A stretch of 59,395 nucleotides of DNA from Candidatus Margulisiibacteriota bacterium (lineage in GTDB: Bacteria > Margulisbacteria > WOR-1 > O2-12-FULL-45-9). How positions within the stretch are numbered: position 1 is the stretch's first letter; every line of letters starts with the position of its first letter. The stretch covers positions 1-59,395 of the forward strand of contig JAYEOW010000048.1 in assembly GCA_034723395.1 (NCBI GenBank), read 5' to 3'. Under the pieces are notes generated by a model. That model saw nothing but the letters and a program-made list of their open reading frames with translations, did no database searches and was not told the origin of the DNA. The translations under genes and the position numbers were made by a program. Positions 40,397 to 50,495 of this stretch are shown here, piece by piece.

Positions 40397-41497
40397 TTGG
40401 CACGAGTATTACTTGAAAACATAACAAAACAGTTTGGTGAAGTAACCGCGGTAAAGAGCGTCGATCTCGAGATCAAAGATGAGGAATTTGTCGTATTAGT
40501 CGGCCCTTCCGGATGCGGAAAGACTACGACCTTAAGGATGATCGCGGGTTTGGAAGAGATCTCCGATGGGAAGATCTATATCGGAGACCGTTTGATCAAT
40601 GACGTCCCACCCAAGGATAGGAATATAGCGATGGTTTTCCAGAACTACGCCTTGTATCCACATATGCGGGTTTATGACAATATGGCTTTCGGTCTAAAAC
40701 TTCGCGGGATTCCTAAAAAAGAGATAAATGAAAGGGTTGGCGAAGCGGCCGATATTTTGGGATTGGGTGATCTTTTAGATCGCTACCCAAAACAACTTTC
40801 CGGTGGCCAAAGGCAGAGGGTGGCAGTGGGGCGCGCGATCGTTCGCCGACCGCAGGTTTTCCTGATGGATGAACCGCTTTCAAACCTAGACGCCAAGCTT
40901 CGGGTTCAGATGCGGGCAGAGCTGCAGAGACTTCATAAAACTTTAAAAGCTACCGTAGTCTATGTTACCCATGATCAGGTAGAGGCGATGACCCTCGGCC
41001 AGAGAGTTGCGGTTATATTAAACGGCGAACTGCAGCAGCTCGAAAATCCACTTAGCGTTTATTCAAGACCATCCAACCGATTTGTTGCCGGATTTATCGG
41101 CAGCCCGCCGATGAACTTTGTTAAGGGGACGATCGATAAAAAAGATAATAAATACATCTTTAAGTCGGTGGACTTTGAGCTTGTTGTTCCCGACAGCGTA
41201 GACCATATGCTGGAGAGTTATGTTGGAAAGGACGTTACTTTTGGGATCCGCCCGGAAGATATCTGGGATATCCCGTCATCCGATTGGATTAAAGAGAAGT
41301 ATGCTTTAAAAACAAAGGTTGACTTCCGTGAGATCATCGGGGCCGAGACCTATTTATACGTGCATGTCGGCAAGACATCTCTGGTTTCTCGGGTAAACGG
41401 GCTTTGTGATGCCTTGACCGGGAGCGAATTTGAAGTCGCGATCAACTTAAACAAGCTCCATTTCTTTGATCCGGCGACGCAGAAAGCTATTATTTAA
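40397..41497 (+). CDS. Sugar ABC transporter ATP-binding protein (MalK/UgpC/MsmX family)
   Basis: GPSGCGKTT, VFQNYALYPH, LSGGQRQR, DEPLSNLDAKLR, TOBE domain. Confidence 0.93.
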   Translation: MARVLLENITKQFGEVTAVKSVDLEIKDEEFVVLVGPSGCGKTTTLRMIAGLEEISDGKIYIGDRLINDVPPKDRNIAMVFQNYALYPHMRVYDNMAFGLKLRGIPKKEINERVGEAADILGLGDLLDRYPKQLSGGQRQRVAVGRAIVRRPQVFLMDEPLSNLDAKLRVQMRAELQRLHKTLKATVVYVTHDQVEAMTLGQRVAVILNGELQQLENPLSVYSRPSNRFVAGFIGSPPMNFVKGTIDKKDNKYIFKSVDFELVVPDSVDHMLESYVGKDVTFGIRPEDIWDIPSSDWIKEKYALKTKVDFREIIGAETYLYVHVGKTSLVSRVNGLCDALTGSEFEVAINLNKLHFFDPATQKAII

Positions 41498-41498
41498 G

Positions 41499-41600
41499 AT
41501 AAAAAATAAAAGACTAAAAACAAAAAACACAAATTAAAGATCCAAAAATATTTAAGTATTTATGTATGTGTTTTTTATATTTTATTTTTAGTTTTTTATA
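41499..41600. repeat. AT-rich imperfect palindrome, family copy 2
   Basis: aaaaaacacaaa...aaatattt...tgtgtttttt, same layout as 38586-38680. Confidence 0.7.
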
Positions 41601-41610
41601 TTAGATAAAT

Positions 41611-43086
41611 ATGGAAGAATCACTTATCTTTGAAAAATCATCACCTGGCCGCAAAGCCTATTCCCTTCCTGAACTAGATGTTCCTGAAGAGAAGATCGAA
41701 AATTTAATTCCAAAAGAGCTTCTAAGGAAAGCCCTAAACCTGCCCGAACTGTCCGAGATTGATGTGGTCCGCCATTTTACCAATTTATCCCGCAAGAATT
41801 TTGGGGTAGATCTCGGTTTTTATCCCCTCGGATCCTGCACTATGAAATACAACCCAAAGGTTAATGAAGAGATTGCAAAGCTTCCCGGATTTACCGATAT
41901 TCACCCTAATCAACCGGAGGAAGAGATCCAGGGGATATTAGAGCTGCTTTATAATTTCGAACAATATCTATGTGAGCTCTTCGGTTACGATGCGTTTACT
42001 TTTCAGCCGGCCGCTGGCGCGCATGGGGAGCTTACGGCTCTTCTCATGATTAAGGCTTATCATAACCAGGCTCAAGGCTCAAGGCTCAAGGCTCGAGGCA
42101 AGAGGAATAAAATTATTATACCGGATTCATCCCATGGGACAAATCCTGCATCTGTGGCGATGGTCGGATACCAAACAATAGTGGTCAAATCAAATGGCCG
42201 CGGGAATATAGATGTTGAAGATCTAAAAAGTAAGGTGGGGGATGATACGGCGGGTTTAATGCTTACCAATCCAAATACCCTAGGATTATTTGATGAACAT
42301 ATTCTTGAAGTTGCGGAAATTATCCATAAAGTAGGCGGATTACTTTATTATGATGGAGCAAACGCAAACGCGACAATGGGGATTTGCCGCCCTGCAGATA
42401 TTGGTTTTGATGTTGCCCATTTTAATCTACACAAGACATTTTCGACCCCACACGGGTGTGGAGGCCCTGGGTCAGGACCAGTCGGAGTAAACAAAAAACT
42501 CGAGCCTTTCCTTCCTATTCCTAGAGCAGTCAAAATAGGCCCAAACTACAAGCTACAAACTACGAGCTACCCTAGATCAATCGGCAAGGTCCACTCCTTT
42601 TACGGGAATATAAACGTAATCATAAAAGCTTATGCCTATTTGCGTTCACTCGGCGCTCAGGGATTGAAAGATGTTTCCGAAACCGCGGTCCTAAACGCGA
42701 ATTATTTGATGAATAGACTGAAGGAGCATTATTTTCTTAAGTATGATCGGGCCTGCCAACATGAGTTTGTGCTCTCTGCTAAGTGGCAGAAGGAAAAATA
42801 TGGTGTAAAAGCGCTTGATATCGCAAAACGTCTATTAGATTATGGATTCCATCCGCCGACGATCTATTTTCCGCTGATCGTTGAAGAGGCGATGATGATC
42901 GAACCGACCGAAACAGAAACCAAGGAGACGCTGGATGCCTTCTGTGATGCAATGATCAAGATCGCGGAAGAATGTAAAACCGATCCCGAATTAGTTAAGA
43001 CTGCTCCACATACTACGCCGGTTAAGAGGGTAGATGAAGCGAAGGCGGCAAGGGAGCTTAATGTGAAATGGACCCCTGGCAATTAG
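41611..43086 (+). CDS. gcvPB: Glycine dehydrogenase (decarboxylating) subunit 2
   Basis: [43 protein letters not shown]. Confidence 0.97.
   Translation: MEESLIFEKSSPGRKAYSLPELDVPEEKIENLIPKELLRKALNLPELSEIDVVRHFTNLSRKNFGVDLGFYPLGSCTMKYNPKVNEEIAKLPGFTDIHPNQPEEEIQGILELLYNFEQYLCELFGYDAFTFQPAAGAHGELTALLMIKAYHNQAQGSRLKARGKRNKIIIPDSSHGTNPASVAMVGYQTIVVKSNGRGNIDVEDLKSKVGDDTAGLMLTNPNTLGLFDEHILEVAEIIHKVGGLLYYDGANANATMGICRPADIGFDVAHFNLHKTFSTPHGCGGPGSGPVGVNKKLEPFLPIPRAVKIGPNYKLQTTSYPRSIGKVHSFYGNINVIIKAYAYLRSLGAQGLKDVSETAVLNANYLMNRLKEHYFLKYDRACQHEFVLSAKWQKEKYGVKALDIAKRLLDYGFHPPTIYFPLIVEEAMMIEPTETETKETLDAFCDAMIKIAEECKTDPELVKTAPHTTPVKRVDEAKAARELNVKWTPGN
42067..42099. repeat. Heptamer tandem array in frame in gcvPB
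   Basis: caggctc-aaggctc-aaggctc-aaggctc-gaggc, encoding [11 protein letters not shown]. Confidence 0.8.
42543..42570. repeat. Second heptamer array in frame in gcvPB
   Basis: aaactac-aagctac-aaactac-gagctac, encoding NYKLQTTSY. Confidence 0.75.
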
Positions 43087-43673
43087 TTATTTCCCCCAAA
43101 CTTCCCGGCTCCACTAATATGGAAACTGACCTCAAATTATTCAACGATTTTGAGCAAGGTCTAATTCCATCTTCACTGCGCATCTATTCCTGGAAACCGA
43201 AATGTGTTTCGGTCGGCTATGCGCAGGAGATGATTAAAAAAGACGGTTGGGATGTGGTGAAGAGACCAACGGGTGGAGGAATTGTTTTTCATAACGAAGC
43301 GGAAGTCACTTATTCATTAGTCACGGCAATTAATAATCCTCTATTGCCGGAAGGGATGATCCCTTCGTACAAGAAGATTTCGGAAGCGATCGTATATGGT
43401 TTGAAGATATTGGGGATCGATGCCGGTATCGCATTTCGCGTCCCGCAACCCGCATTCCGCACCAGTTTATGTTTTGACCATCCCGCAGAATATGAGGTTG
43501 TGGTTGACGGGAAAAAGATTGTTGGCAGCGCGCAGAAGAGGGGGAAGAGCACGCTGCTTCAGCAAGGTTCGATCTGTATCGAAGAGGTATTGGGGATGAA
43601 GGTGGGGTTTGATGAGGTAAAGGACGCATTAACTGCTGGATTTTCCAAGGTGCTAGGCATACAATTTAGCTGA
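43068..43673 (+). CDS. Lipoate-protein ligase / octanoyltransferase (LipM-like), compact
   Basis: [35 protein letters not shown]. Confidence 0.85.
   Translation: MDPWQLVISPKLPGSTNMETDLKLFNDFEQGLIPSSLRIYSWKPKCVSVGYAQEMIKKDGWDVVKRPTGGGIVFHNEAEVTYSLVTAINNPLLPEGMIPSYKKISEAIVYGLKILGIDAGIAFRVPQPAFRTSLCFDHPAEYEVVVDGKKIVGSAQKRGKSTLLQQGSICIEEVLGMKVGFDEVKDALTAGFSKVLGIQFS
43429..43463. repeat. Degenerate heptamer array in frame in the lipoate ligase
   Basis: tcgcatt-tcgcgtc-ccgcaac-ccgcatt-ccgcacc. Confidence 0.65.
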
Positions 43674-45079
43674 TGTCTAACTGGCAAGATGTTTTTGAAA
43701 AAGTAGACGAATACCGCTTTAAGATACCAAAGTCTTTTCAGGTTGGAATGCGGGTAGATGGCCTGATCTACACAAATGAAGCGATGATCCAGCATATTTA
43801 TTCCGAAAAGGCCCACCTCCAAGTTGCAAATGTTGCCTGCCTTCCAGGAATTGTCGGAAACTCCCTCGCTATGCCTGATATCCACTTTGGTTACGGTTTC
43901 CCCATCGGGGGAGTAGCTGCTTTTGATCCAGACCAGGGTGGAATAGTCTCTCCCGGCGGGGTCGGGTATGACATAAATTGCGGAGTAAGGCTCCTGCGTA
44001 CGAATCTACACAAAGAAGATGTTCTGCCGAAGATTAAAGACATAGTGAACGAATTGGCCCGCGAAGTTCCCTCCGGGGTCGGTTCTACCGGACCGATCGC
44101 ACTCTCTCCATCGGATATGAATAAAGTCCTCTCGATCGGTTCGCAATGGGCGGTTAAACACGGATATGGCACGGATGAAGAGATCGTAAACACGGAGGAA
44201 CACGGGAGATTAGACGGAGCGGACGCGGATGCGGTTTCTAAACATGCTAGAGAAAGAGGAAGGAGACAATTGGGAACTCTCGGAGCGGGAAACCATTTTC
44301 TTGAAGTTCAGATTGTCGATGAGATTTATGATCAGCAGGCCGCTGAAAAGTTTGGGATTTGGAAAGATCAGGTAACGATTATGATCCATAGCGGATCGCG
44401 CGGTTTGGGCCACCAGGTATGTTCTGATTTTATTAATGTCATGCGCCAGGCGGCGATGAAGTATAGAATTCAGTTGCCGGACAAACAGCTCTGCTGCGCG
44501 CCAATAAATTCCCCCGAGGCGGAGCGTTATTTATCGGCAATGGCCGCCGCCGCAAACTATGCTTGGTGTAATCGCCAGTTATTAATGCACTGGACCAGGG
44601 AATCTTTTTCTAAAACGATGGGGGCCTCGCCTTCAAAATTGGGAATCAGTTTGGTCTATGACGTTTGTCATAATGTCGCTAAGAAAGAGAAACATGGAGG
44701 AAAGATCCTCTGTGTCCACCGGAAAGGGGCGACTAGAGCATTCCCCGGCGATCCCGTCTTGGTCCCCGGCGATATGGGGAGATATTCGTACATTATGACC
44801 GGAACCGAGGTTGCGATGCAGGAGACCTGGGGATCGGTTTGTCATGGTGCGGGGAGAATGCTGAGCCGTTCAGCAGCTTCGCGAAAATATAATGCTGGTG
44901 AACTTTTAGCTGAATTAGAGGGTAAAGGGATTATTGTTCGCTCGGCAAGTAAAAAAGGACTTGTCGAAGAGGCTCCAGGAGCGTATAAAGATGTTAGGGA
45001 AGTCGTGGATGTAGTCCATAACTCTGGATTAGCTAAAAAGGTGGCGAGGATGAGGCCGGTGGGAGTGGTAAAAGGATAA
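43673..45079 (+). CDS. rtcB: RNA-splicing/repair ligase RtcB
   Basis: MPDIHFGYGFPIGG, GYDINCG, GTLGAGNHF, HSGSRG, HRKGAT, HGAGR. Confidence 0.96.
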   Translation: MSNWQDVFEKVDEYRFKIPKSFQVGMRVDGLIYTNEAMIQHIYSEKAHLQVANVACLPGIVGNSLAMPDIHFGYGFPIGGVAAFDPDQGGIVSPGGVGYDINCGVRLLRTNLHKEDVLPKIKDIVNELAREVPSGVGSTGPIALSPSDMNKVLSIGSQWAVKHGYGTDEEIVNTEEHGRLDGADADAVSKHARERGRRQLGTLGAGNHFLEVQIVDEIYDQQAAEKFGIWKDQVTIMIHSGSRGLGHQVCSDFINVMRQAAMKYRIQLPDKQLCCAPINSPEAERYLSAMAAAANYAWCNRQLLMHWTRESFSKTMGASPSKLGISLVYDVCHNVAKKEKHGGKILCVHRKGATRAFPGDPVLVPGDMGRYSYIMTGTEVAMQETWGSVCHGAGRMLSRSAASRKYNAGELLAELEGKGIIVRSASKKGLVEEAPGAYKDVREVVDVVHNSGLAKKVARMRPVGVVKG

Positions 45080-45081
45080 CA

Positions 45082-45615
45082 ATGAAAAAAATATTACTAA
45101 TACTACTGTTAATCTGTGTTGGTTGTTCTGTATGCGCGGATAATTCAAAATATTATTTTTCCAACCAATGGAATATGTCGCTTTACCCAATGATTAATAA
45201 CCGTTTTACCGTTTTAAAGACTAACATTAACGATCGGGATATGGTTTTTGTAAACGCGGCGCGTGGTGGGATGTTTCTTTACGGTTATAATAATAGTTAT
45301 CGTTTAACTTCCTACGTTGATGTGGGGAAGTTTTACGCCGGTCTTTCAGTTGGAGGGAGTAACAAGATAAGTGGATTATCGTTTGCTCCAGCTTTGCTGA
45401 TCGAAGGAGAGTTTCCATTAACCCAAGGTTATATGAGCGAGATCTTAATTTATTCTGACAGTATTTCTGTCCAGCCGACATTCAATCTTTGGCAATCGCC
45501 GGTATGGAATAGGTTTCGTGCCGGATTAAAGATGAGTTTTGCCTGGACTTATGATTATTCAGGGATTTTCGGGGCGATCGGAGGAGCGTCGATATGCATC
45601 GATTACATTTTATAG
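45082..45615 (+). CDS. Hypothetical secreted protein, possibly a small beta-barrel
   Basis: Signal peptide; aromatic/Gly alternating strands. Confidence 0.6.
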   Translation: MKKILLILLLICVGCSVCADNSKYYFSNQWNMSLYPMINNRFTVLKTNINDRDMVFVNAARGGMFLYGYNNSYRLTSYVDVGKFYAGLSVGGSNKISGLSFAPALLIEGEFPLTQGYMSEILIYSDSISVQPTFNLWQSPVWNRFRAGLKMSFAWTYDYSGIFGAIGGASICIDYIL

Positions 45616-46268
45616 TTTTACTAATATACGGAATTTTAATTGGGGGAATGAGCTGCGGGATGAATCCTTCTCTCGAAGGATTAGTGGCCGAGGAGCCCCA
45701 ATTGATTCTGCCGCTAACAATTGCCAGTACTTATGATGCATCTACTAATACAATGGGAGGGATCACGTTTGCCCAGAGAGGGATCGATCCGTATGCGGTA
45801 GAAGTAGATGACGGGCAGGGGAATAAAAAACGGCTTCCCGATATCCAGTTTTATATTACGGATGAAGCAAAAGTCATATGTTCTTCTTACGGCACGGTGA
45901 TTCAAAAATATAAAAATCCAAACGATGACGATTATGAGATCCTTATCCAGATTAATCTCCATTATAAAATGGTCTATGACCATGTTACCCAATGCCCCTG
46001 GCAGGTTGGAGATAGTTTAAAGCCGGGAGATATTATCGGGTACGGCGGACCGGTTGATGAAACTTATTATCCGGGGGTTAGGCGGGTGGAGTGGGGTATA
46101 CGGATGAGCCCGGATATTAGTCATATTGGCTGGTCGCATAATCCGGTCAGTTTCTTAACTTCTGAGGCGGATAAGCAATTGCTTGAACAAGTTGTCCAGC
46201 AGGCAAATGCTTTGGGTTATGGCCCTTATACCGGGATCGCTTATTTAGAGAAGATGTCGGGGAGATAA
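45594..46268 (+). CDS. Lipoprotein with a degenerate M23-like (duplicated hybrid) domain
   Basis: Lipobox GMSC; YGTVI...VYDHV...VGDSLKPGDIIG...NPVSFL pattern. Confidence 0.6.
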   Translation: MHRLHFIVLLIYGILIGGMSCGMNPSLEGLVAEEPQLILPLTIASTYDASTNTMGGITFAQRGIDPYAVEVDDGQGNKKRLPDIQFYITDEAKVICSSYGTVIQKYKNPNDDDYEILIQINLHYKMVYDHVTQCPWQVGDSLKPGDIIGYGGPVDETYYPGVRRVEWGIRMSPDISHIGWSHNPVSFLTSEADKQLLEQVVQQANALGYGPYTGIAYLEKMSGR

Positions 46269-46272
46269 TATT

Positions 46273-47334
46273 ATGACTGACGAACTTAAAGAGGCGATGC
46301 TTTATGAAAAGCTTGCCGATAATAAGGTAAAATGTAACCTCTGCCCCTGGAGATGCGCGATTCATCCTGGTAAAGGTGGATTTTGTGGGGTCCGCCAGAA
46401 TATCGACGGTAAACTTTTCTCTCTGATCTACGGCAAGACCTCTTCAGTAGCTGTCGATCCGATCGAAAAGAAACCGCTCTTTCATTTTTATCCGGGATCA
46501 AAAGTGTTATCATTCGGTACGTATGGCTGCAATATGCGCTGCGGGCATTGCCAAAACTGGCAGATCTCCCATGTAGTCATGATCAAAGGGGTAGATCCGG
46601 CAAAGACCTACTATGTCGAGCGAGAGCCGATGACCGAATATATCTCTCCGGAAAGAGTGGTCGAACTTGCCAAGGAGAATGGCTGTCAGGGGATTGCCTG
46701 GACCTACAATGAGCCGACGATCTGGTTCGAATATACTTATGATGTAGCTAAACTTGCTAAAGAAGCCGGCCTTTATACAGCTTACGTTACAAATGGATAT
46801 ATCACGCCAGAAGCTTTAGATACGATCGCCCCTTATTTAGACGCTTATCGACTGGATATCAAAGGTTTTACTGACGACTTCTATTTTAGGCTTGCTAAGA
46901 TAAATGATTTTAGACCGGTCTTAGAAGCGGGGATCCGCGCCAAGAAAAAATGGGATATGCATGTTGAGGTTATTACCCTGGTGATTCCGACGATGAACGA
47001 TGATGATAAGCAGCTCAAAGATATCGCGGATTGGATCGTTAAGGATCTCGGGGATGATACGCCATGGCACGTTACCCGGTTTGTCCCGTATCTTGAGTAC
47101 AGCCATCTTCCACCAACTCCGGTGCAAACCCTGGAAAAGGCGCGAAAGATTGGCTTTGATGCCGGACTGAAATATGTCTATGTCGGAAATGTCCCCGGCC
47201 ATCCCGGCGAAAACAGCTATTGCCCAAAATGCAAGAAGGTATTAGTGGAGAGGATAGGGTATGGGGTAGGAGCCACAAATATTTCTGAAGGTAAATGTAA
47301 GTTCTGCGGAGAGCCGCTTAATTTTAGGCTCTGA
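46273..47334 (+). CDS. AmmeMemoRadiSam-system radical SAM enzyme
   Basis: CNLCPWRC...CGVR, DPIEKKPLFHF, GCNMRCGHCQNW, TYNEP, C-terminal CPKC...CKFC. Confidence 0.92.
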   Translation: MTDELKEAMLYEKLADNKVKCNLCPWRCAIHPGKGGFCGVRQNIDGKLFSLIYGKTSSVAVDPIEKKPLFHFYPGSKVLSFGTYGCNMRCGHCQNWQISHVVMIKGVDPAKTYYVEREPMTEYISPERVVELAKENGCQGIAWTYNEPTIWFEYTYDVAKLAKEAGLYTAYVTNGYITPEALDTIAPYLDAYRLDIKGFTDDFYFRLAKINDFRPVLEAGIRAKKKWDMHVEVITLVIPTMNDDDKQLKDIADWIVKDLGDDTPWHVTRFVPYLEYSHLPPTPVQTLEKARKIGFDAGLKYVYVGNVPGHPGENSYCPKCKKVLVERIGYGVGATNISEGKCKFCGEPLNFRL

Positions 47335-47830
47335 GTTTGATCACGTAAGGTAAAACCGCTAAGACCACGATCCCGATAAAAAGAAAAAGAGCGATCCATA
47401 GTTTATTCCGGTTTGTCGTATGCACTCTTGGATGACCGTACGAAACGACATTGAGAGAGTTAGCGTGAATATCGAGGTCGCCGCCATGCTGGGCGCAGGC
47501 TCGGTTGAAAATTCCGACTATCCTTACCGTATCTCCGATATTATTGTAGTCTCCCCGGGTTTTTACCTGGTCGGCCAGGTTTTTAGTTACCCAAATACCG
47601 ATCGCTCTTCCGCCGTCGCTCACGTTGATCCAAGCGTGGCCACCGCGATTCATTATGTCACCGATTACTTCTCCTTGGTATTCAATCACCTGTCCATCGT
47701 AGCGGTTTGCGTTATCGACTAAATCGTTGCTGCTTAATGCAGAGGCGGGAAGGGCTAAGAAATTAAAAATTAAAAATGAAAAATAAAAAACACAAACAAA
47801 AAGCCTAAAAATATTTTTATTTTTTGTCAT
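47324..47830 (-). CDS. Membrane-anchored OB-fold-like protein at the end of the trk operon (start moved to 47830)
   Basis: ATGA overlap with the trkH stop; signal peptide; GEVIGD...GDTVRIVG...HGGDLDIH; C-terminal TM segment. Confidence 0.7.
   Translation of the reverse strand: MTKNKNIFRLFVCVFYFSFLIFNFLALPASALSSNDLVDNANRYDGQVIEYQGEVIGDIMNRGGHAWINVSDGGRAIGIWVTKNLADQVKTRGDYNNIGDTVRIVGIFNRACAQHGGDLDIHANSLNVVSYGHPRVHTTNRNKLWIALFLFIGIVVLAVLPYVIKLRA
47760..47830. repeat. AT-rich palindrome family, copy 3 (partial); encodes the signal peptide of the 47830 gene
   Basis: aaattaaaaattaaaaatgaaaaataaaaaacacaaac...aaatattttt. Confidence 0.65.
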
Positions 47831-49344
47831 CGGCTTCTCCCCCTCGCCCCGGTAAAACGGGCGATCGCTAATCCGATCAAGACAAAGACCGACATAAATT
47901 CGAGCCGGCCTACCCACATTTGGATAATATAGGTTACCTTTAAACCGTTAGGCATTGATGGCTCGGTTATCCCGGTTGAAAGCCCGACGTTGGCCGATGC
48001 GGATACCGATTCAAATGATGCCTGATCAAGCGGATAGCCATAATAGAGTCCGATCACTGTCCCAAGCAGATAGGTGAATAGATAGCTGATCAAGATTACG
48101 AATGCCGAACGGACCAGCCTATCTTCAAGCAGAATAGTTTTAATATGATGGAACTTTTCGATAACGATCGCGCTGCCTGGCGACATGATCCTTTTAATAT
48201 CCTGGATAAAGGCCTTAAAAAAGAGCCCGATCCTGATCGCCTTAATGCCGCCCGCGGTCGAACAGGCGGAGCCGCCAAAAGCCATCGCCATAATTGCCAT
48301 CAGCAGCGCCAGGCAACCCCATTCGTTGGGGAATTGCGGCGCGTAAATGGTCATAAAACCGGTTCCGGAATGGGCGGAGACGATTTGGTAAAAACCTTTC
48401 CGCAAATGGGCAAACCAATTTGGATAGACAGTAAGCTGGGTCAATCCGATCGTGCAGACAATAAAGATTGTGGTGGTAGAGATAAAAAGGGTCCGCGTTT
48501 CAATATTCCTGAAAAATTCTTTAAATTTACGGTTCCATAATGCGTAATGCAGGCTAAAGTTCAAGGTTCCTAAGATCATCAATACCATGGTTACTATCTC
48601 ATAAGGGAAGCTGTGATAGTAGAGGATACTTTGGGAGTGCGGGGTGAACCCCCCCGTATCGAACGCAGCCATAAATATCCAGAGCCCGTGCAATAACGAA
48701 CGGACAAAGGGGATCCCTTCCAGCATTCCAATGATGGTCAAAAGAGTCGATCCAAACACCAGATAGACTAGACTGATCATCCAGATAAAGCGGGCGGTCT
48801 GGATAACGTTTGGTAAAACCTTTTCTTCTTTAGCCTCCCCGACATACATTCGATATGCTCCAGCAGTCCCCCTGACCAAAAAGGTCAGGGCGATAACGAC
48901 GATCCCTTGGCCGCCGATGAACATCATTAGGTGTCGCCACATGTTAAGGGAGTGTGCGGCGTGGTCGAGATCCTGGATCAGCGCCAACCCGGTAGTGGCA
49001 AATCCGCTCATTGAATCGAAGCAGGCATCAAGATATGAACCGTAATGTCCGGAGAGTACTAACGGAATAGCTCCCAACAACATTGCTACCAGCCATGAGA
49101 TCGAGGTTACCGCCAATCCTTGGCTCCAATTCATGTCGTGACGGGTAGGAAATAATCTTTGTAAAAATAGGCCGATAAAGATAGAGGCGAGCATAGCGAT
49201 CAAGAAGTCGATCGAGCGGTCCCATTCTCTGAAGATAACTGCTGTGATAAGGGGGATGATGAAAATGATTCCGAGGCCAACCGTTAGGCGGCCGATGTAG
49301 TAGGCGATTGTCCTAAAATCTTCATTGGTTGGCCTGAGCAGCAT
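47827..49344 (-). CDS. trkH: Trk potassium uptake membrane subunit
   Basis: Pore loops SGFATTG, AFDTGGF, SAHSGTG, SASANVGLS; STAGGIK. Confidence 0.92.
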   Translation of the reverse strand: MLLRPTNEDFRTIAYYIGRLTVGLGIIFIIPLITAVIFREWDRSIDFLIAMLASIFIGLFLQRLFPTRHDMNWSQGLAVTSISWLVAMLLGAIPLVLSGHYGSYLDACFDSMSGFATTGLALIQDLDHAAHSLNMWRHLMMFIGGQGIVVIALTFLVRGTAGAYRMYVGEAKEEKVLPNVIQTARFIWMISLVYLVFGSTLLTIIGMLEGIPFVRSLLHGLWIFMAAFDTGGFTPHSQSILYYHSFPYEIVTMVLMILGTLNFSLHYALWNRKFKEFFRNIETRTLFISTTTIFIVCTIGLTQLTVYPNWFAHLRKGFYQIVSAHSGTGFMTIYAPQFPNEWGCLALLMAIMAMAFGGSACSTAGGIKAIRIGLFFKAFIQDIKRIMSPGSAIVIEKFHHIKTILLEDRLVRSAFVILISYLFTYLLGTVIGLYYGYPLDQASFESVSASANVGLSTGITEPSMPNGLKVTYIIQMWVGRLEFMSVFVLIGLAIARFTGARGRSR

Positions 49345-49348
49345 AGCT

Positions 49349-50011
49349 CTATTCTTTACCTAGCAGTGCTTCGCGCAGTGCCTTTTCCTGCTCGATGGTG
49401 GAGAGAGCAATTACTGAATCGTCGGCTTGAAGCACTGTTTCTCCCTTGGGGAAGATGATCTGGCTTCCGCGGATAATCGTCGCCAGGATAGAGTCGGGGG
49501 GGAGCTTAAGATCTTTGATCGTTTTGCCAGCTGCCCCTCTTTTCGGCTTTAAGATTGCTTCGACGATCGATAGCTTTCCTCGCTTTAGGGCGAGCAGGGT
49601 AAACATATCTCCGATGGTTGCCTCTTCCTCAATAAGTTTGGTAATGATAGTCGTGCTGGACACGGTATCGATCCCCAGCTTGTGAAAAGTAGACTCATTT
49701 CGCGGGTTATTAACGCGGGCGATAACGCGGGGGACCCCGAACGTATCTCGCGCCAGCTGACAGATAATCAGATTATCTTCATCGTCACCGGTAACTGCGG
49801 CAACTACCTGCGCGCGCTTTATCCCAGCGTCTTCGAGTTTGGCTGGGTCACAACCGTCCCCGGCAATAACTAATCCTTTATCCAGGTCTTCAGCGATCTT
49901 TTTTGAAATCGGCTCCTCTTTTTCTACCAGCGCGACATCATAACCGCTCTTGTTAAGGGTGCGAGCCAGCGAATCTCCGACTTTTCCTCCGCCGACGATC
50001 AATACGTACAT
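49349..50011 (-). CDS. trkA: TrkA-family regulator (RCK_N + RCK_C)
   Basis: IVGGGKVG, GDGCD, AVTGDDEDN, ARVNNP. Confidence 0.92.
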   Translation of the reverse strand: MYVLIVGGGKVGDSLARTLNKSGYDVALVEKEEPISKKIAEDLDKGLVIAGDGCDPAKLEDAGIKRAQVVAAVTGDDEDNLIICQLARDTFGVPRVIARVNNPRNESTFHKLGIDTVSSTTIITKLIEEEATIGDMFTLLALKRGKLSIVEAILKPKRGAAGKTIKDLKLPPDSILATIIRGSQIIFPKGETVLQADDSVIALSTIEQEKALREALLGKE

Positions 50012-50012
50012 A

Positions 50013-50492
50013 TTACCCCCCCCTTTCCTTTTTTTGCGCTTTATATTCGATCAGTCCCATATCTTCGCCGATCGAATATTCGAGTTTGGACGACTCTTTT
50101 AAGAGGGCGCTGCGAAAGATCTGTGCAACAATTGTCGTGGTGCTGATCGTATTAAGCCCGAACTTTTTATAAATATCAGCGCGCAGAGGATCGTATATTC
50201 TGGTGATAACCCGGGGAACGTTGTATATCTTCTTGGCGATCTGGCTGACCATGATGTTTGAATTGTCGCCGTTGGTAACGGCGGCCAGAGCATCCGCCCG
50301 TTCAACCCCGGCTCGTTTTAAAATATCGGGATCAAAGCCTATACCGGTAATGCTTATGCCGTTGAAATCGGGGCCTAAGCGTTTGAATGATTTTGAATTT
50401 TTATCGATAATAACAACGTTATGGCCTTCCTGGGACAGGATTTGGGCCAGCTCTGAGCCGACCCTGCCGCAACCGACAATTATTATGTGCAT
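50013..50492 (-). CDS. trkA: TrkA-family regulator (RCK_N only)
   Basis: IVGCGRVG, AVTNGDNSN, RIYDP. Confidence 0.88.
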   Translation of the reverse strand: MHIIIVGCGRVGSELAQILSQEGHNVVIIDKNSKSFKRLGPDFNGISITGIGFDPDILKRAGVERADALAAVTNGDNSNIMVSQIAKKIYNVPRVITRIYDPLRADIYKKFGLNTISTTTIVAQIFRSALLKESSKLEYSIGEDMGLIEYKAQKKERGG

Positions 50493-50495
50493 TGA

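Noticed and set aside
43673..47334. rtcB plus radical SAM as a new RNA-repair system
   Set aside because: Both are widespread families, partner genes (archease, AmmeMemoRadiSam A/B) are absent here, and unrelated genes separate them.
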